Positions 1 through 6,818 of a stretch of 41,201 nucleotides of DNA are shown in pieces. The translations under genes were made by a program, and so were the position numbers. Source of the DNA: a virus. Each line of letters starts with the position of its first letter. Positions within the stretch are counted from its first letter, which is position 1. The DNA lies in the IMG/VR virus record IMGVR_UViG_3300045988_107359, positions 1-41,201 of that record; one strand, given 5' to 3'. The notes beneath the pieces were generated by a model. The model was given only the letters and a program-made list of their open reading frames with translations. It ran no database searches and was not told where the DNA came from.

Positions 1-119
1 ATCCAGCTTGTCGTCTTCTTTGTCTTTCTTCATCCAGTGCCGATTCAGAAGGGCTACCACAATGGCAGAAAACCCGCTCGAACCCAGCACGATGCCGATG
101 ATCTTGAAAATGGGTTCCA
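1..119. repeat. Terminal direct repeat, i.e. assembly overlap of a circular or circularly permuted genome
   Basis: Bases 1-119 are identical base for base to 41083-41201; unique length 41082 bp. Confidence 0.95.
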
Positions 120-1883
120 TTACACCATCCCCTCTGTCGTCCCGGTTGCGTTCACTTTGCGCTGTAAGGCAGAGTATCCGCCGCCGGTGGGAATGTCAGG
201 TTTCTCTTCCGGAGCCGCTACGGGCGCATTTCCTGGGTCTTGCACACCCTGCATAGCCTGCTGCGCCTGCATCTGTGCCGCCTCCTGCTGCTTCATCTCC
301 TGTACCAGTTCGCGTCTGGCAGGAATGTAGCCGTCCGGGATTCGCTCCAGATACTGTGTGGTGCTGATTCGTCCCATTTTGAGCAGGTTGTCCAGCGTCT
401 GGATGGAAGCGATCTCCGAGTAGTAGGAGCTTGCGCCCACGTCAAGCCGCATTGCCATGGGAATCTTTTTCAGCATAGAGAAGTCGAATGGCAGCGGGAC
501 TTCGGGTGGTGGTTGCTGTCCAACGAACTGAAACGCCTGCTCCACCTGCTGTGGGGTATCCACGTCAACGAAACGATTTCCGTAGTAGGCACCCATGAAG
601 TCGATATAGATGCGGTACAAGTCCTCAATGCTCTTGTAAAGGTTCTGCTTTGTCAGCTCAGAGGGCGTGGAAGCCGCTCTCTGCAAGGCGATGATTGCCG
701 ACGTATTGTCCGGTCTGGTATCACCCAGCGCCACGGACGTCGCACCCAAACTTTCCTCTGTCTGATTTACTGCCAGTTCGATGAATTGGGAAATCTGGGG
801 GGAAATGGTCGCCGGGTCGATGATTCGCGCCACGTTGTTCACGTCGCCACCGTTGATGCCAATGGCCGCCCCGATGCGGTTGTCCCACTTTGAGACCCGC
901 GTCTTGTCGTAGACGATCTTCGGGAACGCTGTTGTCATCAGGGACAGCATGGACATGGCGTAGGTCTTGTTGATAAAAATCTGGTTTGGAATCAGGCCGG
1001 TAATCATGGCCTGCCCGTGGTAGCAGTCCTGCACATAGTCCCAGTTCAGCCAGGTAATGGGATATCGGGACAGCTTCAAGTCCCACGCTTCCCGCACCAG
1101 AGAAGTCCTGGTACTCTCACAGCCCCAGATGTGCCCCGTCTCCTCATCTCGCCACAGCAGCAGAAGCACTGTCACTTTGTCGTCGGTCTGCTTTACGTCG
1201 TCCAGGTAGGCGTCAGAGCTGTCCGGCTGAATCAGGCCCCACGTTTCAATGCCGTTGGCTTTGGCCTTGCGTTTTGTGTGGCCCACGATCTCTCGCTTGG
1301 AAATCAGGATATAGGGCTGATTCTGAACAAGCCGGTCATTTGGGTTCCCGAAAAAGACCTGTGTGTTTTCCAGAATTTCCGTGACGATCTTCCCCTTGGC
1401 CTGCTGGCCCGTCTCTGCGTCCGGGTCCCAATAGGTGTAAGTACACCCATCCCCATCCACAGCGGCGTTTCTCGCGTACTCTCGCATGAGGGAAGAGATA
1501 TTCAGATGCTCGGTCAGGCTGTCCAACTCTTCGTTGACGATTCGGACCGGTGTCGCAAGTTCTTCCGTGGCAGGGGTAGCCGCCAGCGGGGTTGCATTGA
1601 CCTTGATGTTGTCCGACGTGATAGAGGCCACTGTGAACAGCGCCACGCGCTTGAGAATGTTGAACACAGGGGTAGGCAAGCCATTTGAGATAACACCTTC
1701 CCACTGCTTGCCGATGAAGAAGTTTTCATTCACGCGGACGGTCTCATTGAGGTTAATATTGCTGTTGAAGAGCATCCCACGCTCATACATCTTCCACACA
1801 GCGTCCGGGGTCAAAGTGATTCCCTTGGCACCGAATAGGTCAAGCCCCGCTGTGTTCGGGGTCTCAGTCTTCGCTTTCTTCAA
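120..1883 (-). CDS. Portal protein
   Basis: 587-aa ORF just downstream of terL. Size and motifs (NENFFIGKQWEG) are typical of SPP1 gp6-type portals. Stop TAA overlaps the ATG of the next gene (TAATG). Confidence 0.8.
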   Translation of the reverse strand: MKKAKTETPNTAGLDLFGAKGITLTPDAVWKMYERGMLFNSNINLNETVRVNENFFIGKQWEGVISNGLPTPVFNILKRVALFTVASITSDNIKVNATPLAATPATEELATPVRIVNEELDSLTEHLNISSLMREYARNAAVDGDGCTYTYWDPDAETGQQAKGKIVTEILENTQVFFGNPNDRLVQNQPYILISKREIVGHTKRKAKANGIETWGLIQPDSSDAYLDDVKQTDDKVTVLLLLWRDEETGHIWGCESTRTSLVREAWDLKLSRYPITWLNWDYVQDCYHGQAMITGLIPNQIFINKTYAMSMLSLMTTAFPKIVYDKTRVSKWDNRIGAAIGINGGDVNNVARIIDPATISPQISQFIELAVNQTEESLGATSVALGDTRPDNTSAIIALQRAASTPSELTKQNLYKSIEDLYRIYIDFMGAYYGNRFVDVDTPQQVEQAFQFVGQQPPPEVPLPFDFSMLKKIPMAMRLDVGASSYYSEIASIQTLDNLLKMGRISTTQYLERIPDGYIPARRELVQEMKQQEAAQMQAQQAMQGVQDPGNAPVAAPEEKPDIPTGGGYSALQRKVNATGTTEGMV

Positions 1884-2265
1884 AGTTCTTCACCGCCTCC
1901 CGTGCTACCCCCATGTCGTAAGACATAATGTTGTTGATGCCGCTGAGCATCCGCTCTTCTCGCTGGTCCAGCGCCTTGCGGTCTTCCATGTACTCTTCCA
2001 GCTTTTCCAGGTCGAGAACGAGCTTGTTCACAAGTTCAACATTTCCGTCAACATCCGCTGTAAGAGAACGAAGCCGCCGGAAAAGCTCGTCTATTTTCTC
2101 GTCCGCTTTGGACTTAAAAAGAGACAAAACAGCCACTTTGTCGGTTAGCTTACCGATCATCAGTTCCAACTGTCTGATTTTCAGCTCAAGCAGCTTCTTC
2201 AAATTCAGAGTGGTTGCCATGAAAGCAAAGAACACGACCAGTAAGCAGACGTAATACAGCTCCAT
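1864..2265 (-). CDS. Hypothetical membrane-anchored coiled-coil protein
   Basis: 133-aa ORF with a strong RBS (AAGGAGGAAACA-ATG). N-terminal hydrophobic helix (LYYVCLLVVFFAFMATT) followed by heptad-like Leu/Glu/Lys-rich sequence. Sits between terL and portal. Confidence 0.6.
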   Translation of the reverse strand: MELYYVCLLVVFFAFMATTLNLKKLLELKIRQLELMIGKLTDKVAVLSLFKSKADEKIDELFRRLRSLTADVDGNVELVNKLVLDLEKLEEYMEDRKALDQREERMLSGINNIMSYDMGVAREAVKNFEESED

Positions 2266-2275
2266 TGTTTCCTCC

Positions 2276-3525
2276 TTATCCAGCGCCGAGATACCCGGCA
2301 GTCACTTCCCCGCCGGTCATGTATCCTGCGTAGTCTTCCGGCGCATCATCCTCTTCGTCGTCCCAGAAGACAGGCTCCTTCTCTTGAATGGCTTCTGCCG
2401 GTAACACACGACTTACGCAGTAGTAGCGCACACCATCGACCGTGTGGGTCACCTCGTGTGGGTCTTTGGCGCAGTCGTTCGGGTTCTTTTCATCCGCCTG
2501 AATGTCCTGAATATCCCCGACAGCGCCCTTGCAGGTGTCGAAGAACAGCAGCCCAGGCAACTTGTCAGGGACAGTGCCATCATTCCGACGGAACATGGCC
2601 TGCACATGTGGGTCACGCAGAGGATAGGGAGCCATCGCTTCCTTCATCATCATGTGGCCCTGGACGCGGTTGTTATCCGCTTTGATAAGACCCACCTGGT
2701 TCAGCATGAACACCTCCGCCATGGTCTTGCCGGTGTCCTTCTGCCTGCTCCACATATCCGGCGGCGCATAGGTGGCCGCGATATGCTCACCCGGAAGGGT
2801 CAGCTCATGTATTTTGTCCGCCGCTTCCTTGACGATCAGGCCCTTATGGGTGAACTCCCGGTAGCACCAGGAGCGTCCATCCTCATCCACCGCCCACCAG
2901 TAACACGCGAACATGTCAAGGCCGTAGTCAAAACTCCGGTATCTCTGCCAATGGTCTGGAATCTTGAAGGGCTTCACCACATGAGTAGCAACGGAAAACT
3001 CCGGGAAGTAGTTGCCGCCGATTGCGTTCCAATCGCCATAGCGGTAAGCCTTTCGCTTGTCTTCCGGCATATTTGCCAACATCCGCACATAGCCAGGGGA
3101 AGAAGCCATCAGGTGATAGTTGTCTTCAACTGTGGCGGGAATGAAACTATAATCATCCGGGTTCTCATTCTCTTCCGGGTTGTCCGAGTTGAGCTTGAAG
3201 TCCCTGTCGATGAAGAGCCGCTTCACCCATCTGTGACCGACACCGCCGGGGTTACAAGTCAGGTACATCCGCTTTGGGAACTCATTGACGCCACGAAGAC
3301 AGCCGCCCAGGAAGTTGAACGCTCTCTCAGAAAACTGCGTTGCCTCGTCAATGAAGATCCAGTCGTATTCCAGACCGTTGTATTCGTCCTCAGAAGCATC
3401 TCCGGCCCAGTGGCCGAACTTGATGGTCGAGCCGTTGTGGAAGGTCATAAGGTGCGTTGTGGCGTTGTAAGAAGCCGCCTCACGCGGTACCATCTTTACG
3501 ATGGGGCGGATATGGTTTTCTTCTA
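2276..3525 (-). CDS. terL: Terminase large subunit, exon 2
   Basis: The reading frame is open upstream of the listed Met as far as 3525 (..LEENHIRPIVKMVPRE..). Walker B-like DWIFIDEATQF and a C-terminal nuclease-type region are present. There is no Walker A here (it is in exon 1) and no RBS before the internal Met. Confidence 0.85.
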
Positions 3526-4328
3526 CAATTTTGTTATCGCAAAGGCTTTTTATCCTCTGCTTCTAGCCCTTTCGGGTAGTTCGGCATATCTCTCTCCCCC
3601 TCTGGGGACCCGCTCTCGTGGGTGTGTCACCTGTTCTAGGCTCTCACCTATGCTCTGCGGCTGGACGGCATCCCTGCCGGCCTTCACCTCTGATTAGCCT
3701 GTCTGTAAATCGTTTGCGTAGATTGGCGTCGCAGCTAATCCACTGGCAATTCTCCGGGCAGTAATCACCATCCGGGTCAATGCGGTCAATAGAAAGAATC
3801 TCCTTGTGTGGAGTGTCCTTCGGTTGCTCGTAGTACCCATGTTCATAAGCCCATGCTCGAAACGCAGCGTAATCGTCTTTCCACTCGTCACAGACCTTGA
3901 TTCCCTTCATGGAGTAGTTCTTTCTGTGCTGTGCCTTGTTGTAGTAACAGCGTTGCTTCATGGCGTACCAGATCGTATAAAGTCGTTCCTTCTTGGAGTA
4001 GCCGTGCTTCGTGTTTCGTTCCCTAGTACACTCAGCTTTCAAGCACCCGCAAGAACGTGTCTTCCCTTTCACAAGGTCAGTACCGACTACCAGCGTCGTC
4101 ATGCCGCAATCGCAGGAACACAGCCACTTACCAACAGCCTTTCTCTTCCCGTTTGGAAGGGTCTTGTGCTGCAACTGATACTCAATGACGGTCAAGCGCC
4201 CGAAGCGCTGGCCTGTCAGCTCGTGTCTACGCATATATGAACCCCCTCTGGCGTTATTTACAGATTTAGCTTCCCAGCTTTTTAGCAGGTTTCTAACGTG
4301 TATTCCTACACGCCGGAGCAAGAAGTTT
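3526..4328 (-). mobile_element. Probable group I self-splicing intron carrying a homing-endonuclease-like ORF, inserted in terL
   Basis: 803 nt. The 5' splice site follows a U (GAGU|AAAC) and the last intron base is G (AAAUUG|UAGAAG). Joining 4329 to 3525 gives CCU GAG UUA GAA GAA AAC, i.e. ..RRTYPELEENHI... Exons total 229+1250 = 1479 nt, in frame. Candidate P1: exon CCUGAGU pairs with intron GCUCCGG (4319-4313), with a U.G pair at the splice site. Candidate P2 hairpin CGUGUA-GGAA-UACACG at 4312-4297. Confidence 0.72.
3644..4234 (-). CDS. Intron-encoded HNH/AP2-type homing-endonuclease-like protein
   Basis: ATG at 4234 is preceded by AGAGGGGG. Cys-rich N-terminus (CSCDCG..SCGC). LYTIWYAMKQRCYN and SIDRIDPDGDYCPENCQW motifs are typical of phage HNH-like endonuclease families. 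The ORF lies wholly inside the terL interruption. Confidence 0.7.
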   Translation of the reverse strand: MRRHELTGQRFGRLTVIEYQLQHKTLPNGKRKAVGKWLCSCDCGMTTLVVGTDLVKGKTRSCGCLKAECTRERNTKHGYSKKERLYTIWYAMKQRCYYNKAQHRKNYSMKGIKVCDEWKDDYAAFRAWAYEHGYYEQPKDTPHKEILSIDRIDPDGDYCPENCQWISCDANLRKRFTDRLIRGEGRQGCRPAAEHR

Positions 4329-4557
4329 ACTCAGGATAAGTGCGACGCATAATCAGAATCCTGATTCCCGGATTCGTAAAAGCGCCTCCGACAGCTTTGA
4401 TTCTGACGCTGTGTGTTTTGCCACCGCCCTTAGCACCGCCGTAAGCTGTATAGGTTGTTCTCGATAGGTAAAACAACCTCTGCTTTGCGTTAGCCTCTCC
4501 AGGGTCCCAGACGATCTCTTTCTTCCCCTGCCCCCGGTACATTCTTCTCTTTGCCAC
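4329..4557 (-). CDS. terL: Terminase large subunit, exon 1 (Walker A)
   Basis: 76 codons plus 1 nt. P-loop YGGAKGGGKTH. Ends ..ILIMRRTYPE, and the following TAA is intronic. GTG start at 4557, with an alternative ATG at 4542. Confidence 0.8.
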
Positions 4558-4577
4558 GAACTCACCCCATTTCAGGC

Positions 4578-4626
4578 AACAAAAAAGGGCCAGCCACCTA
4601 GAAATTTCTTTCTAGGTAACTGACCC
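4578..4626 (-). terminator. Strong rho-independent terminator 20 nt upstream of the terL start
   Basis: On minus: GGGUCAGUUACCUAGAAA-GAAA-UUUCUAGGUGGCUGGCCC. This is an 18-bp stem (3 G.U pairs) with a GNRA loop, followed by UUUUUUGUU. Confidence 0.8.
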
Positions 4627-4665
4627 CATTCGGCCCATCCTACCCACCACTTAGAGTAGGGTTAT

Positions 4666-4818
4666 TCACTTCTCTGTGGTGCAAACAACCTTTCTGTGTG
4701 TCTGCACCACCTTGACACTGTTGTTCTTTCCTGGAATGACCTCTACCCGGTCTCCCCTGGAAAGTGCTGCCTCAATGGCAGCGATCACCTTTGCATTGAG
4801 AGAAACCAAGTAGAGCAT
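4666..4818 (-). CDS. Hypothetical 50-aa protein (doubtful)
   Basis: MLYLVSLNAKVIAAIEAALSRGDRVEVIPGKNNSVKVVQTHRKVVCTTEK. A GGGG run abuts the ATG, so RBS spacing is poor. The longer 99-aa version overlaps the tRNA and is rejected. Confidence 0.3.
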   Translation of the reverse strand: MLYLVSLNAKVIAAIEAALSRGDRVEVIPGKNNSVKVVQTHRKVVCTTEK

Positions 4819-4831
4819 CCCCTTTCTTCTT

Positions 4832-4922
4832 TGGCGCGAGGAGGAGGATTTGAACCCCCACAGGCCTTGGCCCCTAGCGCATTTCAAGTGCGCCCTCTTC
4901 AACCAGCCTTGAGTATCCCCGC
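4832..4922 (-). tRNA. tRNA-Ser (anticodon UGA), type II with long variable arm
   Basis: 91 nt with encoded CCA. Acceptor GCGGGGA/UCCUCGC and discriminator G. 3-bp D stem with a long D loop. Anticodon stem GCGCA/UGCGC with loop CUUGAAA. T arm GGGGG-UUCAAAU-CCUCC. Confidence 0.85.
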
Positions 4923-5271
4923 ATATAAATGCCCTACCAGAATTGTACTGGCGCTCTTGTCCCAAAGAGAGCTGCTCTTTACGGGCCGCAGCTTATCACA
5001 TAGGAGGGCGGTAGAAACCAATGAAAAGACCGCACCGAAAGGAGCCAAACTCTAGGTCATGCCCTAAAGCCCAGCATAAGCCCGTCTTTCCGGGCTGTCA
5101 GCCCGCTTCTGGTCGTGGCATGGCCTTGTACCTGCTATCCAAGAGTGTGCCCAAACCGAATAGCAAACCACGCTCGCATATCGCAGACAACTGAAAAACA
5201 GAGATAAGAATGGAAGCGAATTTCACTTCCTTTCCGTTCTGTATTTCTGCCAACTCCGTCGAGTTGGCACT

Positions 5272-5341
5272 TGGTACCCAGCAGAGGAATTGAACCCCTA
5301 AACACAACATGCCATATCGTGTCCGTAACCTTACACTAGGT
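5272..5341 (-). ncRNA. tRNA-like element or degenerate tRNA (possible anticodon GGC)
   Basis: 70 nt ending ACCA. T arm AGGGG-UUCAAUU-CCUCU. Acceptor ACCUAGU/GCUGGGU with 2 G.U pairs. Possible anticodon arm ACGAU-AUGGCAU-GUUGU. Only 14 nt are available for the D region, so no canonical D arm. Confidence 0.35.
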
Positions 5342-5580
5342 ATAGTTGTTTATAATCTGTATATGTGTCGAGTGCCCTGTTCTATATTTCAGAATGGCTT
5401 TTCTGAAATGGTACCCCCCGTTTTTCTGGTGTATGGTTTTCGTGAGAGGTATGTTTGGAGGGTTGCTCTCAAGAGTGTGTGTAGTCTATACAGGGGCCGG
5501 CCGCCAGAGGAGCGCCCTTTTTCCGCCACACCCTCACTGTTTGGTAGGGGGGTGGTAGGGGTACCCCCCTATATAGTAGG

Positions 5581-5690
5581 CACGCACACGCCCGCGCCCC
5601 GCGCGGGGCCACGCGCCCCCCCGGCCCCCACCCCCCCAGGCCCAGGCCCGTGCCCGTGCTGGTGGTGGTGTGCTCGCTGTGCTGGTGTGT
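5581..5690. repeat. Extreme GC / poly-C low-complexity island
   Basis: 14-bp perfect palindrome GCCCCGCGCGGGGC at 5596-5609. Six C-runs of 3-7 nt at 5616-5655 (G-runs on the minus, transcribed strand). Short tandem units CAGGCC x2, CGTGCC x2, TGG x3. Confidence 0.9.
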
Positions 5691-5768
5691 GATAGCCTGT
5701 CAAATCCCTGTCAGACAGGGCAGAAATCCTTATATATCAATGGGTTGTCCATGCCATAATAGCAGAGA

Positions 5769-5804
5769 AGCGCAGATACATATATATAATAGTGTATCTA
5801 CGCT
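5769..5804 (-). promoter_or_regulatory. Hairpin immediately after the terS stop (possible attenuator or terminator)
   Basis: Inverted repeat AGCGCAGATACA (5769-5780) / TGTATCTACGCT (5793-5804) with an AT-only loop. Only a modest T-rich tail on the minus strand. Confidence 0.35.
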
Positions 5805-5806
5805 TA

Positions 5807-6205
5807 CTACTTAAACGCATCCGCGCCACCCACACCCTGAATCTTTAGAGTAATGGTTGCGCCCTGATCTCCTGTATTAATTGGGCTATCGGTGTAGCCG
5901 CCGTTTTTGGTTTGTTTGAGTTGGAATATTGCAGCCGTGCCGGCTTTGGGATCGTGCTCAAGCATGGTAAGCAAGCGATGCTCCCGGAATTGCTGCAACC
6001 TTTTTAGTGGTGCATCGTATCCGTGATATGTGTCCCCCTTCTCCCCTCCCCGCCCATACCTTTCCAGCGTCGTGGGGCTTACCTGGAGGAATTTACACAA
6101 CTCAAAATCAGTGGGGATAAGCTCTTCTTTTTGGCACTTTTCAATAAATTGTGTAATGAAAAGGTCCAATTTTTGTGGAGAATCAATCTTTTTCTTGTTT
6201 GCCAT
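5807..6205 (-). CDS. terS: Terminase small subunit
   Basis: N-terminal HTH-like region (LCKFLQVSPTTLERYGR). AAIFQLKQTKNGGYTD motif is typical of small terminases. First gene of the late operon. Start taken at the second ATG, 9 nt after AAGGAG. Confidence 0.75.
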   Translation of the reverse strand: MANKKKIDSPQKLDLFITQFIEKCQKEELIPTDFELCKFLQVSPTTLERYGRGGEKGDTYHGYDAPLKRLQQFREHRLLTMLEHDPKAGTAAIFQLKQTKNGGYTDSPINTGDQGATITLKIQGVGGADAFK

Positions 6206-6279
6206 TGATTTCATCTCCTTGCTTAAAATGTTTTATATATTTGAAAGTATACAAATCTTAATCCTGCTTTGGTAAGTCA

Positions 6280-6308
6280 AGTATACCATACGTTATCAAA
6301 ATAATCAA
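6280..6308 (-). promoter_or_regulatory. Candidate late-operon promoter
   Basis: On minus: TTGATT, 17 nt, TATACT, with TATGG just upstream of the -10. Lies about 70 nt upstream of terS. Confidence 0.45.
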
Positions 6309-6347
6309 GAGAAATACGAAAAGTATTATTAGAGAATTTAATGGAAA

Positions 6348-6390
6348 GGGCCTGTTACCATCAGGGAATTTGATGGGTTGAAACAGGCCC
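6348..6390. terminator. Hairpin terminator after the RHH gene
   Basis: GGGCCTGTT (6348-6356) pairs with AACAGGCCC (6382-6390). An inner stem CCATCA/TGATGG is also possible. T-rich flanks on both strands. Confidence 0.5.
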
Positions 6391-6414
6391 TTTTCTATAC
6401 TCTCTTATATATAC

Positions 6415-6639
6415 TTATATGCTCTCTGTGCCCTCTGGTGTGGGCTGTGCGGCGTCCTGGTGCTGTGCCATGAAATCATCTACTGCTGCCCGGAAAACAG
6501 CGTTGGGCGTGGTTCCTGCGGCTTTGCAGGCCGCCTTGAATTCGTCCGCTGCATCCCGCCTCATTTTACAGCCTAATACCGTGGTGGCTTTGGCTATGTA
6601 TTTGTTGTTTGCCCGTCGCTGGGCATCCGTAAGCGTCAT
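6415..6639 (-). CDS. Ribbon-helix-helix (Arc/CopG-like) DNA-binding protein
   Basis: 74 aa with RBS AGGGGGTGA. The pattern AQRRANNKYIAK..TVLGCKMRRDAADEFKAACKAAGTTPNAVFRAAVDDF is typical of RHH regulators. Divergent from the accessory operon. Confidence 0.65.
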   Translation of the reverse strand: MTLTDAQRRANNKYIAKATTVLGCKMRRDAADEFKAACKAAGTTPNAVFRAAVDDFMAQHQDAAQPTPEGTESI

Positions 6640-6685
6640 TGGTTCACCCCCTAGATTCAGTATTTATATTGTAGCACACCCCGTC

Positions 6686-6730
6686 AAGGTTTAACCATGT
6701 ACAAATTGCCTAAATACATGGTTTAACCTT
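6686..6730. promoter_or_regulatory. Operator pair (inverted repeat of the GGTTTAACCATG motif)
   Basis: AAGGTTTAACCATGTA (6686-6701) and TACATGGTTTAACCTT (6715-6730) form an inverted repeat (central base differs) separated by 13 nt. Confidence 0.6.
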
Positions 6731-6745
6731 TGTCTATTCCGTCTA

Positions 6746-6774
6746 TTGCAATCCATGGTTAAACCATGTATTAT
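6746..6774 (+). promoter_or_regulatory. Promoter of the accessory operon, with the operator filling the spacer
   Basis: TTGCAA (6746-6751), 17 nt, TATTAT (6769-6774). The 15-bp palindrome CATGGTTAAACCATG (6754-6768) lies exactly between -35 and -10. Confidence 0.65.
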
Positions 6775-6818
6775 ATAGCCATCAAAGGGAAACACCCAAA
6801 CAACAGGAGGCACACACC

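Noticed and set aside
2444-3697. 417-aa plus-strand ORF opposite terL exon 2 and the intron
   Set aside because: It is a shadow of terL, which has clear Walker B and nuclease motifs. It crosses the exon/intron boundary, which makes no biological sense.
4832-4922. Suppressor tRNA or stop-codon recoding
   Set aside because: The anticodon UGA reads the serine codon UCA, not a stop codon. Late genes, including the 2214-aa ORF, are uninterrupted under the standard code. The one apparent in-frame stop (terL) is explained by the intron.
4666-4965. 99-aa minus-strand ORF as listed
   Set aside because: Its N-terminal half is the tRNA-Ser gene read as protein. Only the last 50 codons (4666-4818) remain as a doubtful ORF.
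4923-5341. tmRNA (one-piece or permuted) formed by the tRNA-like element and downstream spacer
   Set aside because: There is no plausible tag reading frame ending in a hydrophobic ..LAA-type tail, no G3:U70-type Ala acceptor, and the order of elements does not fit either tmRNA topology.
5309-5692. 127-aa and 70-aa plus-strand ORFs in the terS-terL gap
   Set aside because: They run through the poly-C/GC island (Pro/Ala/Gly/Trp low-complexity) and over the tRNA-like element. There is no RBS and the strand is opposite to all neighbours.
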